Origin: Takakia lepidozioides
Lineage: Eukaryota; Plantae; Bryophyta
NCBI GenBank assembly: GCA_030704615.1
Contig: CM060731.1
Location: forward strand, 25,792,001-25,856,000
DNA: 64,000 nucleotides
Direction: 5' to 3'
In this document: positions 51,791 to 64,000 of the stretch, in pieces
How positions within the stretch are numbered: position 1 is the first letter of the stretch
How the letters are laid out: every line of letters starts with the position of its first letter
Position numbers and translations under genes: made by a program
The notes under the pieces: generated by a model
Databases searched by the model: none
What the model was told of the DNA's origin: nothing
The model's input: the letters and a program-made list of their open reading frames with translations, nothing else

Positions 51791-53151
51791 TACTTTGGCG
51801 GTGTTCGACGTGGATATCCAGCACAAACCGGGACGGGACAATGTGGTGGCCGATGCTTTAAGTAGAAAACAACAGCTCATGTTGGTGTACAAGGGCGAGA
51901 CGACGCTCCAAAGAAAGATCCGGAAGGCTTACCGGAAGGATGAGATGGCGAAGTCCGTGATGCGGGACTTGAGGATGGGGGTTAAATCGCAGTTCCACTT
52001 GCAAAATGGACTGCTCCGGTACAAGCAAAATCGTCTCTACGTGCTGAAGGGAGGGATTAGAGATAGTCTCTTGAGAGAATGCCACGATGGCAATTGCAGA
52101 GCATTCTCATAATACCTGAATTCATTCAAAGATATACACCAAAAATTGGCACGGACTTCAGGGCCATTTCATCCCTACCAAGGAGACGGCAATGGCGCAG
52201 GAGATGGGGCGACTTTACTTCGCCCACGTCTTCAAGCATCATGGACTCCCGAAGGATATTGTCTCGGACCGCGATCCAAAGTTTACAAGTAAATTTTGGA
52301 GGGCACTTTGGAAGAAAATGGGGACAAGGCTCAAGATGAGCACTGCCTTCCGACCTACGACGGACGGGCAAACGGAAAGGGTGAATTCCGTGGTGAAGCA
52401 GATCATGCGGAATTACGTGTCAACAGACCAATCGGACTGGGTGGAGCACTTGGATGCGGCAGAGTTCTGTTATAATAACACAAAACACTCCGCAACGGGA
52501 GTTTTCTCTTTCGTATTGGTCTATGGAAAAACACCTCTGGTGCCGACCAGTTGGGCTGCCCAAGACGTTGAGGAACCGGCAGTAGCAGCGGTGCTAAAAG
52601 AACGCGAGCGTTTGTTGAAGCTCGCAAAGTACAACACTGCCAAAGCTAGGAAACGGTATGAACGACAGGCGAATCGGAAGTGGAGGGAAGTTAAGTTTGA
52701 GGCAGACACGGAGGTCTGGTTGAACATCAAGAATTTCCGACTACCTCCGGAAGTGAGTTCGAAGTTCGTACCTCCGTATGCGGGGCCCTTTCGCATCCGG
52801 AAGGTTATGAATGAGGATGTGTATGAATTGGAGCTACCGGCAAACAGCAAGGTGCATCCGGTATTCCACGTCTCCTTTTTGAAGCCTTACTTCAAAGATG
52901 AAGCGCGTCCGAATCGGCATCAAGTATTGCGTCCGCCACCTATGCTGTTGGATCATGAAAATGAACCTGAGTACGAAGTGGAGGCAGTGCTTAAGTCGAA
53001 GAGGTTCAAGAATCAAGAAACGGAGTATCTCGTGAAATGGAAGGGCTATCATCATGTGGAGGCATCTTTGGTGCGTGTCTCAGAAATGGGAAATGCATCC
53101 GAGGCGGTTGCAGCTTTCGAAGGGCGACCCCAAAAGCGGAAGAAGCGTTGA
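51791..53151 (+). pseudogene. RNase H end + integrase + chromodomain of the nested Gypsy
   Basis: HGLPKDIVSDRDPKFTS.FW, TDGQTERVN, GPFRI, HPVFHVSFLKPY, EYEVEAVL...EYLVKWKGY. The integrase N-terminal part (~52090-52165) is replaced by unrelated sequence. Confidence 0.92.
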
Positions 53152-54780
53152 TGAGGACATCAACCTTGGAGCGTGGGGGAGGAAATGCATGCTTAGCCCG
53201 GCTTAGCTAGCTCAGGAATCCGATTGCAAAAACTTGTATTGTACAAATTTTGTTATAAATGAAATGGTTTCCAAATGTTGTGCGTCCTATTTTGTTTGGA
53301 ATGGTGATGCATGGTATGGTTGGCTAGTGTATAGAATGCATGCTAGCTTACAAAAGTGGGAGAGGTAAATTGGGTTAATCGTGTATTTGCGCAGTGCCGA
53401 AATCGGAGGACTCCCATCCAAGGGGCAAGGAAACTTGCGCCTTCCTTGGGAGTTCACGTGCTAGTGCGTACATGGCGCGTGCGTGTACTATAACTGCGCT
53501 ACCGAGGGGGTTGCCTTGTAGTGTGGGCTAACGCGGAAGCTATGTGCTTCCGTTCACGTACTATAATAGTGTAGCCTCGGGACGAAGTTGTAATGCGACT
53601 TCGCGTGTTCCCGTACCTCAGGCCAACATTCCAAGGCGGACCCAATTGTAGTGATTGGGACGCACGGTTGGTTCAAGATTATCTTCCTAGTAAAAAAAGG
53701 TTCAAGGTGAACCCTTGTTCAAGGTGATGCCAAAAGTGGCATCATGAGTGGTCGCAAGCAATGTTGTTGCAGTAAGCCGATTCGATCCTCAGGGAGGATC
53801 ATTCCTTTGCCTTGAAGTGGGCCAAGAAGAGTGCACCGGGAGGAGCTTGAGAGGCTCCACCCTTGGCCGGGACTTGGAGGAAGTCGGCCGAACTAGCTAG
53901 TGGAGAGTAGAGTCAAGAGTGGGGTTTGGTTCTTTGCTATGGGATGCCATGGTGCGGAAACAAACTCCTTGATGTGGGACGCCACAACTTGGATGTTCGT
54001 TTCTATAAAATGGACAAGTCGATGAGGACATCAACTCCCTGTTGGTAGGGGTGTGTGTCGCGGCCCTTTGCCTTGAGGGCAGGGGGTCGGGACGCAGAGG
54101 GGCTGCCCCTGTGGTGGGGGTGGTGGCAGCAATAGGTACGGGGGGCTGAAGCACCCTTGAGTGCCCAAGGCACTCAAGGAGGCAGAGGTGCTCACTAGGT
54201 GGAGCCCCGCACACCGGATTGCGGTGGGGTTGGCTCCACAAGGGGTGGTGGTAGCTTAGTGGGACTTAGTGGGGGTGACATAGGACTCACCATGGGGCGG
54301 AGACCTTGTGGTGGGAGTCGTGGGGAGTCTTAGGACTCATCACGGTCCAATGGGGCCGTGGTGGGTGGGCCAAGACTCACCGCGACTCATCACCGAGAGT
54401 CGAAGGTCTTCGTGGTGGTTCGCCATAAAATGGCAGGGTTGTTTGTGAAACCCCCGCGGACAGTCACAGAAGTATATATAGGGAGTAGTAACCCCAAGAA
54501 CAGTGCAAGCCCGTTGGTAACCAAAAATTAGTGAGTGAGCGAGCGAGCCGGAAAGTGACCAAGGAGTGGGGAGCTATTCCGGACTGCCATCTACCAAAGG
54601 GAATTTCCACTAGGCCCAAATTGGTGGAGGGTCTTTTGGTGGATCAAAGGGGGACCGTTATGTCTAGGTGATCAGCCGAAGCTCCGAGTTGGCCCGGCGG
54701 CCAGTTTGGGAGTTAGGCGCGCACATCAAAGCGAATAACTATGACTTGAAGGGGAGCTTACCGAAGTGAGGTGCGCGACA

Positions 54781-56018
54781 ATTTCTTTCTTACGAGCGTT
54801 AAATTGTGTTGCTTTGCAAAGTCTTTGTCAATAAAACACGTTGAAGCGCCTGAGTCCAAAAGTGCTTCTACGGAGATATCTCGATTTTGCATCCTGATCT
54901 TTACTGGAACTGTGAAACAAGGTATAGGGTCTGGAGGTAGAAAGAGACATTTTTTTTGTGAGAAATTGTCCCTACTGTGACTGGACATCTTCGTTTTCCG
55001 ACCTCCTCGTATCGAACACTTGAGTTGTGCCCCGAGCTTTGAATCTTCACTTGTTATGGCAGTTTAATGCTATATAATCATCTTCTCCGCAATAAAGGCA
55101 TAATCCATTCGAGCGTCGTCTTTGTTTTTCTTGTGGCGTTAATGGCTTGAATCGGACAACATCAATCTGCATATGATCATTACCGGATATCTGATGAATC
55201 GTTGTATTTGGTGTCGTAGTAGCAGCGACATGCTGCGTCGTCGACCATCCACATTGCTTCTCTTGACGTCTTTCGAACAAACGATTGTCGCATGCAATGA
55301 CTTGGGTGATGAATTCGCTCAGTGTACTCACGTTTGGCATTGTCAGCAACAAATCTTTTACATCCTCTTTTAGGCCACATCGAAACTGACTAATGAGGCT
55401 CTTCTCATTCCAGTCAAGGTCGCACGCAAGTTGTCAAAATTCGGCAGCATAAATGGAAGCAAGACGTTCTCCTTGTCAAAGATTTCGCATCTTTATCTCT
55501 GCAATTCTCTCTCTATCATTCTCTCCAAACGTTGCAGTGAACTCGGACATGAATGCTTCAAAATTGTATAGTAAATGCGAATTTTTCTCTAATAGCGGTG
55601 CAAACCAAGATAGGGCAGTGCCTGATAGAAGGGTGCCCACGACTTCCACTTGAATACCTTCATCAGGGTAGCATTGTGGATGTAATCGTAGGAACAATCG
55701 TACTTGTTGAACAAAAACGCGAAATCTTGATCTCGTCCCATCAAATTTCTCAGGCATGCAGACCTTTGGTTCCCTTGTAATCTGTTGAAGATTTGGAGGA
55801 ACCGTTGCAGTAGGATTTGTTGTAGTAGGGGCTCGTAAGGTTGAAAATCCATTGTTCGACTCCTTCAACTCTGAAATTTGTTGTTGCAAATTGTTGAGAG
55901 CGTTGCCAAGATCTTGAGACTGATCAGCTTGTAGTTGGACAGTAGAGGCACGAAGTTCTTGCATCTAGAGCTGAAGACTCTGCAATGTGACGACCATTTC
56001 CGCAAATGTGCCTTCCAT
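54781..56018 (-). pseudogene. Gag, zinc knuckle and protease N-term of the Tcn1-like element
   Basis: EPKVCMPEKFDGTRSRFR.F, LLSGTALSWF.P, GLCLYCG...C, ALLDSGASTCFID. Confidence 0.92.
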
Positions 56019-56043
56019 CTTAACTAACTAAGGAACAAACTTT

Positions 56044-56054
56044 AGTCTCGCCAA
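56044..56054 (-). promoter_or_regulatory. Self-priming-type primer binding site
   Basis: TTGGCGAGACT lies 2 nt after the 5' LTR and is complementary to the LTR sequence ~30 nt downstream of the LTR TATA box. Confidence 0.7.
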
Positions 56055-56213
56055 ACTGTCAAGGACGAGAACATGACTGAACACAAACAAGATATCAGAC
56101 TAGAGGTACAAGACTAGACAAGAAGTCAAGGTCGGCATGGCTGAGTGCATGGTGGGTAACCATGAATCAAGATGATCTTTATAACAATGAACAAAAGTAC
56201 AAGATACTGGAAC

Positions 56214-59200
56214 CACTACAACAGATTCCGGCTTTAACGTCTGCCACATTTGCCCAGTCATAGCATATATGTCTACAAAATGCAAGGGGGCAGTCCTGGT
56301 TGCCATTTGTGACTAGCAGTAGTCGTATATGCCACCTTGTACTTCCGCCACGTTAGGATCTGCGGTCAAACACGTTTGACCAGATAGGGGAAGATGGTAG
56401 ATACGACTAGGAGTCATGGCCAAAACTGCAATAGGATGACGTGGGTATGGGAATGTATGACTGCCAGTATTCACAACTGCACGTGGCGATTGCCGGTTGC
56501 CCAAGGAGTGTCTACGTGGACGATGCAAACATAAATGGATGAAACATATGCAGGATGTGATTGCAAATGACGACATGTCAACATATCATTGCTCGCAGGC
56601 ACTAAGCCACACCTTGTGAATGAATGATTAGGATGAATTAGGATGAGTGAACTAGGATGAATTAGGATGACTTAGGATGAATGTGCTCGAATTTAGGGTT
56701 GTTAGGTCGCGTTAAATATGAGGATAATAAGTAGTAAAAATATTTAACTACTATTTCACTGACCAGCAGATTAACAGTAAAACTAATCGACTGCTGGTTA
56801 AGGTTAGTGAAACAAAACAACTGTATTATCTCAATGAATGATACACAAATGCCTTGTTGGCAACTATTGGATGAACGTATCAAACATAACTTTTGTGCAC
56901 TAGATGAACGTATGAACGAATGATACAACAAACGCCTTGCTGGCAACTATTGGATGAACGTATGAACGAATGATAGTGCAAATGTTGAGCTGACAGCAAT
57001 TGGATGACCTGACAGTGAAACTCATTTAAAGATTTATTTTGGATGAATGGATGAAATTTAAATGGCCAAAAAATAGAAAAACAAATGAATGGATGGATGT
57101 ATTGATGGAAAACCCAAAATCCATCCATCTATCGAGGATCTAATTTATATTAGAAAAATTCTATAGATTTTTGGTCAGGTCCAAAAAACTAAAACCAGGT
57201 CTAGGGTAAGTAGATTTCCCCTTTCTGCAGCTATCCCCCCAGAAACTGCATCAAACGGAGCTCATTTGACAAACATATGACCAACCAGGCTCTTTAAACA
57301 TAACACCCTTTAAAAAATAAAATAAAATACAAGGGAAAATCTATTTTCAATAACTTGTCTTAGTTCCCTATTCCCTGGTTCCCTAAGAATTCCCTGGACT
57401 CATGCCTGGCTCATATCTGAAAAATAACGATCTTACATTCTTAACTCAATCACTCCAAAGTGGAATTACCATGATAAAGGTAATGTCTTCTCATCCATCC
57501 AATCGTGAGTAGAGGGGACTTAGCGTTTTTTTGTCTCCCCCTGCCATCTGTTTGTTTTCTTTGTGTCGAGTTTGATCGTGAGAGACAACAATCAGGATGG
57601 AGTTGTGTTTGCTTTCTTTTAGTGTCGAGTCTGATCATGAGAGACGTCGAACATGGTGGAGCTATGTTTGTTTTATTTTAGGGTCGAGTCTGATCATGAG
57701 AGACGACGAGCGAAGCTGGTGGGATAGGGGGCAGACAGGGACTCAAACCCTAGAATCGGGACATGAAGAAATCCGTCCTGTGCGAAATCATTTCCAGCTC
57801 GGCATGATGCGAGGCCTCTTGTATGAGCCAAGCGAGAGGACAGGGCCTTGCCTATGGAGTGGGTGTGCAGGAGCGTATGCCTTGTGCAAATGTGTGAATT
57901 TTGCTTTGTTTGCCCCTGTTTTCTCTCACTTAAGTCGGAAGCAGGTTTGCTCGTCTTGGTTTCAGTAAAGGAGTTGGGTTGCTGGTCGGTTGAATCCTCC
58001 ATGGTTGAAAGAAAAGCTAGCTGCCATGACACGAGGTCAAGGACAAGTGGTAACGGCTCATTCTTCAGCACATTTCTTCTTCGACCTATTTCAACTTGTT
58101 TTGCCCTCTCACCAGACTTGGCCCTGAGATGCATATTGAATGTTGTAAGTTAGCTCGTTGATAAGTAGGGTTGGGGGTGTTTGCTGGAACAATTCTAGGC
58201 TGTCATTGTTAGCTACTAGCATGAAGGCAAAGATGTATGCTTGTTTTTTGCAGTGTCATAGAGAGTTGAAGGAGCAGGGATAGAGTGTGTGTCCAGATTC
58301 ATCCAAGAGGGCCGGATTTCAAGCTCCACGTTACCTATGATTCCCTGTGGAAGGATAGATACAAGAAACCTGCATGGATAGATGGTCAACTGGAAGCCGC
58401 AGTAGCAGCGGCACAATTGATAAAATCAGGCACTGCTAATGAAGGCACCTTCTTCAACACATTTCACCCTGTTTTCCCCTCTTATCAGAATCGGCCCTCA
58501 ATTTTCATGTTGAATTCTGTAAGTTAGCTGTTGAGTGAATGTAGTTGGGAGTGACTTTGACATGATACTGCCAATGTGACAAGGATATGCATTGAACTCA
58601 TTGGTAGCGGGATATTGAGATAATTCTTGGCCATTTGCCATCGTCAAAGCTGAAATTGTACTAGTTGTCATTCTGAACACTGCCCTGGTGGACATGTATG
58701 CCAAATGTGGGTGCAGCAAGCCTGATGCGAAGGGAGAGTTCGACAACATGGCTCAATGAGATGTGGTGTTGTGGAGTGCCATGATTGCAAGGTATGTGCA
58801 GCATGGGTGTGGGATTAAGGCTTTGGAAACCTAATAACAAATGATGTGGGAAATGATGAAGCCAGACCAGGTCATGTTCATTTGTGTTTGTAATATGCAT
58901 ATGCGAGCCTAGAAGTCCTGGGAAGGGGCCAAGAGGTTCATGGTGACATCATCAAAGTTGGAATTGTACCTGATGTCATTCTGAACATTCCCTTGGTGTA
59001 CATGTATGTCAAATGCAAGCTTGGTAGCCCTGGAAAGGACGCAACGGTCCATGGTGACATTGTCAAAGCTGGAATTGTACCACTAATGATGTCTCTAAAC
59101 ACTGCCTTGGTGGATATGTATGTCAAATGCAAGCCTGGCAGCCCTGAAAAATGGTGCAGAGGTCCACGGTAATATCGTCAAAGCTAGTATTGTATCTGAT

Positions 59201-60595
59201 GTGATTCTGAATTTTGCCGTAGTGGACATGTATGCCAAGTTTGGGTACAACTACAAGGATACAAATGACATGCAGTTTGATAATATGGTTGAATGAGATG
59301 TGGTATCAGCCTAGCCCATAATTGCACTTAACTAGAGTAGGCAATGAGTGAAGACGGGGTTCGTGTGACATCGTCCAAGCTGGAATTGAATTGATGTCGT
59401 TCTGAAATTGCCCTTGTGGTGAGGGCGTGCAGAGCAGGAGCGCGAGATGGGGCTTTGGAGACCTGAAAGCAAATGATGGGGGAAGGGGTGAAGCTCGACC
59501 ACATCATGTTTGTGTGCGTTTGCAGTGTGTGTGCAAGCTTGGCAACCCTGGAAAACACATGCAAAGAGGTACATGGTTGCATCACCAAAGCTGGAATTGT
59601 ACCAGATATAATTCTGAACAATACCTTCGTGGGCATAGATAGCTGAGGAGCAGGGATAGAGTGTGGGCGCAGATTCATCCAAGAGGGCCGGATTTTCAAG
59701 CTCCAGATTACCTATGATTCATTGTGGAAGGATAGTTAGAAGAAACCTGCATGGGTAGATGGTCAGCTGGAAGCCGTAGCAGCAGTGGCACAATTGATAA
59801 AATTAGGCACTGCTAATGAAGGTAGTGGATTGCTGAAGTTCGAGAGATGTCAGTGTATGCATCTTCTGCTCAGGCATTTGGAAGTCTACATAGACTTTGC
59901 AGCTTTGTGCATTTTTGTAGCAGCACCGGATTAGATTATGGAACGAATCTTTGAACATTAAGTCATGTTGTATTTGAATCGATGTTCAAATGTGCTTCCA
60001 TGTTTCAATGGTGTTTTCGTGTGCTTTCAATGGTGCTTTCATGTTTCAATGCTGCTAGAGTTAGGCCCATGACTACGGTCATGTACACGACTACCTCCAA
60101 TCCACAGAGCCTCCGCCACGTGCCACTTTCACCCCTCGTGTTCGCCCATACTCGTACCACGTGCAGTATCTAGAGTGCGCCATGGAAGTCATATGCTCCA
60201 GTCATAACAACCACCCCCATCCTGCATAATTTGATTCCACGTGTCATGTCCAGTCTTCTCCACGTGTTGTCCTGGGGTTAATCTGCGGAAGTCATATATG
60301 CCAGTCGTAAAGACCCTGTCGCCTTCCCTTTGACGTGACACGTGGCATATCCCTTCCGTTCCACGTGAAGTTGACATAGATTCGCAGTCGTTTACACGGT
60401 CTTATCAATGACTATGATTAGGCGTCCCCGTTGCCACGTCAACAGTGAGCTCCACAACTGGCAGATACGACTCTATGGCGCTTACGACTCATTTGTCACA
60501 ACTGACTGGGTTTATCTGACTGGGCAGTCATGCAGTCATAAAAGGCTGATACGACTGGAAAATAGCAGACGTAAAAGCCGGATTTTCTACTAGTG
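56214..60595. mobile_element. Non-autonomous Pack-type CACTA element (4382 bp) inserted in the 5' LTR
   Basis: CACTACAACAGATTCCGGCTTTAACGTCTGC ... GCAGACGTAAAAGCCGGATTTTCTACTAGTG; AAC TSD, single in the other LTR. No transposase; gene fragments inside. Confidence 0.93.
58560..59640 (+). pseudogene. PLS-class PPR gene fragments captured in the CACTA
   Basis: Repeated VHGDI.K.GIVPDVILN.ALVDMY.KC, DVVLWSAMIARYVQHG and KPDQVMFICV motifs with stops and frameshifts. Confidence 0.8.
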
Positions 60596-62076
60596 AACTC
60601 GACTCGAATACTAGAATGCTGGAAACTAGACTGGGATACCAGATACTGGAAACTGGACTAGCGTACTGGGACTGGGAACAATAGTAGCTTGAACTTGTGT
60701 TAGCGAGACTTAAGAGTGTCCAGTCTCGCCTCCTATATATACTAGCTAATAAGAAGCTTCCCTAAGAAGCTTATCCTATAGAGGTTTCTTGATGGAGAAG
60801 TTTCCAAGATTAAACAAAGGTTTCTTGATGAAAAAACTTCCTTAAACAAAGGAGGTATCTTGATGGAGAAGTTTGTTCCAAAGGAAGCTTCCTGAGCAGT
60901 TTCCCAAGTTACTCTTGGTAATTTGATGAACTCCCGGTAACTAGGTAACTAATGGTAAATCATGGTAGATCATGGTAAATCCCAATAAGTCATGATAACT
61001 TTCGGTAACATGGTAACTTGGTAACTTCTAGTATTTACTCCTGGTAAGTTCCTCTGGGCTATGTCCATGACACCTGCAACACACAGCAAAAAAATGAGAA
61101 ATGTGCATGCATGAGCTCCGACTAAGTTACATGTGTGCATCAACCGAGCTCCACCTCACTTCTCTTACCCATCTCCCACTTTCACGTGATTATTGCCATA
61201 AATCTAAACTTCATTGACAATTTTTCCTAGGTTGTAGATGACGAGTCTAGTGAGAGAAAGAGAAAGCCCATATTCAACTAATTGTCAACAAGAAACAACA
61301 GGTTTAGCGGATACAAAAAAGTCTGATTATAGTTCCAACATCACCTTTATACTCCCTTCAAACTCCCCACGGTGAACTTGGTGTTCCAATACTTTAAAGA
61401 CTATAGTCCAGTTAAGTGTCAATAAGGATGGATCGATTACCATAAGAATGCTTATGGCCACCCTTGACTTTTCCCAAAAAAGAATGAGCAAGTCATGGTT
61501 CAAACTACAATCATTTCTTCCTACACACAACGTGAGACTCATTGAATGCCCGATTCCATTCCTCTGGCTTCATCTAAGATCAACATCACACAATTTCCTA
61601 ATTTACAAGCATTGCCACAATCATTGCGACAACCAGCTAGACTACAATTGCTTTTATAACTTGAAAAATGAGGCACAAGACTGCAAAGGGTCTGTGTGAG
61701 TACCCCCCAGTGAAGCTCAAAGATTCTACAGCATAATCAAGCCAGATAAACCCTAAACTCTAGAGAGGCCTGCTTCAGCCAGACATCAAGGAAATATACA
61801 ACATACCAGCACGCCCTTTTCATCCACCACAGGCATGCCTGTAACACGCTTGTCAATCAGGACCTCTAGAGCTGTTACACAAAGCATTCAAGCCCAAAAT
61901 CAATATAGAAAGACTCAAGTCCAGCTGAATAGATATACACTATTAGCAGAGTGATAAAGTATCATCAACCCCTGCATACTTCTAGCTTTGTAGATCATTT
62001 CAAAACAATTTCACTAAGCATCTCACTCTCACCCTCATCTCACTTTGTTCTCGGCACGAACTGAAGAACTCTAAAC

Positions 62077-62780
62077 CTAGACAAGGTAAATGCTTGGAAC
62101 CACCATCAAGAATCTAAACCTAGTAGAATAAGGGAATGGATCTTTGCCCGTGGTTTCAGACCTGTTACTGATGTGATGACTGCTTCTTCCACTCGATTCT
62201 TGGGTCTTGAGCACCTGGACTTCGGACGGGGCCCCGCTTTTGCCAACAATCAGATTTTTACACCACTTCCTTGTTATATGATCCATTTTACACCGCTTCA
62301 CAAAGATGGCACCGTAAAGATAATCTTCAAACTGCCCCACGATGTTGCAAAGAGGCTGCAGCAAGACGCAGACTTCATGTCTTGTGTATCGACTGTCACC
62401 GACGTTACACACCCATAGCGATACCACACTTCCATCTTTGACCATCAGAGAAACAAAAGAGTTATCTAAAGTCGGCAGTTTTAAAGCCGGCACAACGATC
62501 CCATAACACTGAAAGCCAAGAGACGGGGTGTGAAGAACCCAATAGCCGACATTTGCAGGATGGACAAACTTCTTCACATCGTACATTAAGAAAAATCTAT
62601 ACTTTGCGATTGCGGTTGTCCCACCATCGTGAAGGATCTCTGCGAAACTCATGCCGGTTCTGCTCTGTGCTCCAAGGTAGAGGTTTGTGCTCGAAAATCC
62701 GACAACATCAACATTTTGACAATGTCCTTTACTGAGGGGTGCTAGTGAGCTTCAGTAAGGAGCATGTCATCATAGGATCC
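62077..62780 (-). pseudogene. Possible degraded F-box-type gene fragment
   Basis: 191-aa ORF with LWVCN plus an upstream out-of-frame MDP...; weak resemblance only. Confidence 0.25.
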
Positions 62781-64000
62781 ATTGGCCTGCCTGCTATGAT
62801 CTCCACAATTTGCAGCAAGCTAAAAATAAGAACTACTTCATGCAGCATTCCAACATAAATTTTCTGGACACCGCACTGAGCCCGAAATCCTAACTACTCA
62901 GCAGCCTTTCTTCCTGACTAACCAAAGCATCCCCTCGATCGCCACCTTAGTAGGCTCTGGGAGTGGGAAGAAGAGTGACATTGAGGGCGTTCTTGACAAG
63001 TATCCAAATCCTCATGTGAATGAAATCATCCAAATCCTTGCATGTAATGAAATCATCCAATTGATGAATGAAAATAATCAAAATTTCATTCATGTAATGC
63101 AATCATCCATCAATGGATTTTCATAAGAGCCATGCCAATGACCTTATCTTGGTCAAAGGGAGTTGACTACATCAATCTAAAAATTTAGAGTCATCTGCAT
63201 TATTGTTTAGAGTAATGTGCGTGACCCATTATCGCGACTCTATTCTAATCAAACGACGTTGACCGGGATAGAGGCATATACACGACCCTTTTTGGTCATT
63301 TTCGGTCGTACCCATGACATTTTTGAACCATAACGAGATGAGTCATGAAAACCATGACTCTAAAAAAAAAAAAAAAAACCATGATTCGGCGTAGTGATTA
63401 TTATATCATGTTTCACCACCACCCCAGCTTTCAATTGAACTGTCTCATTTAGATATTTAGGTATTTAATACGCATGTATGATGAAGGCAGCACTTGAACA
63501 CCGGATGAGCGCTACTGGTGTACCTGAGAAAGAGTTCGACATGAAAGATAATTGTCACTTTATCACCACGAACAATTGCTTGCTTGAGGCGATGAGGAGG
63601 TCACGACTCTGGTGCAAATTACAAAGGCAGGCGAAAAGTTGATGGGATTACTTGGGAGCAGGAGATCTTGATACTAAATCATGAGCTACATCAGGTTACC
63701 ACTGGCTGCCAGATAAGGTTTGCCTATTATTGCTTCGTGGTTTTTCTTAATCCGAGGAAATTCTGAGCTTTACCGTTTGTTGGTAGGCGTCTTTGTTATT
63801 TCACATGATGAAGCAGGCTGTGAATATCTTAAGTATGACGAGCGTCTATCAAAGAACTACGATGTTTCTATGACCGGCTTTCAAGACGAACACTTCAGAC
63901 GGGCAGGTATTTCTCATGATGTTGATGTGATTCACACATGGAAGAGTCTGATGGCTCATATGCCATAGGGGTGTGAGAACTTGCATCCGTTTTTCTCAAT

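Larger units (their letters stand above)
48689..54780 (+). mobile_element. Nested Ty3/Gypsy chromovirus (Galadriel-like), internally deleted
   Basis: LTRs 48689-49404 and 54056-54780; ATTTC TSD; PBS TGGTATCAGAGC (tRNA-iMet) at 49407; gag, integrase and chromodomain present; PR/RT/most of RH missing. Confidence 0.93.
33574..61072 (-). mobile_element. Ty3/Gypsy chromovirus LTR retrotransposon (Tcn1-like), decayed, with three nested insertions
   Basis: LTRs TG..CA at 33574-34218 and 56057-61072 (the latter split by a CACTA); flanks CCTGT/CCTGC; PPT next to 34218. Domain order on -: gag, PR, RT, RH, IN, chromodomain. Confidence 0.95.
32358..63396. mobile_element. Probable non-autonomous CACTA element (~3.5 kb own sequence) hosting the Gypsy nest
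   Basis: Left end CACTAGTACAAATAACGGGTTT; right end reverse-complements to CACTACGCCGAATCATGGTTTT (15/22 match). CATGAC subterminal motifs at both ends. The flanking 3-mers (AGA vs ATT) do not match. Confidence 0.5.

Noticed and set aside
63420-64000. Possible gene fragment at the window end
   Set aside because: Short interrupted frames with no recognisable motif.

Overview
Eukaryotic nuclear DNA, most likely from a non-seed land plant (bryophyte/lycophyte-like gene and TE families; this is an inference). The left half holds a decayed APE-RT LINE plus a 3' duplicate, two apparently intact F-box genes (a 4-exon F-box/PP2 gene on -, a single-exon F-box/kelch-like gene on +), SINE- and MITE-like elements including a TTAA-flanked piggyBac-like element, and several gene fragments. 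The right half (about 32-63 kb) is a nested TE stack. A probable CACTA element contains a Ty3/Gypsy chromovirus (33574-61072, minus strand) with a Tf1-type self-priming PBS. That chromovirus carries three TSD-bounded insertions: (i) a 10.6-kb element (36017-46584), (ii) a second Gypsy chromovirus with an iMet PBS, and (iii) a Pack-type CACTA carrying PPR fragments. The 10.6-kb element is the most unusual feature. It has an 8-bp TSD, short imperfect TIRs, palindromic subterminal arrays, convergent protein-kinase and RING-H2 genes, four consecutive long hairpins and 120-bp repeats, and no transposase that I can recognise. All calls are by eye; no database searches were run.
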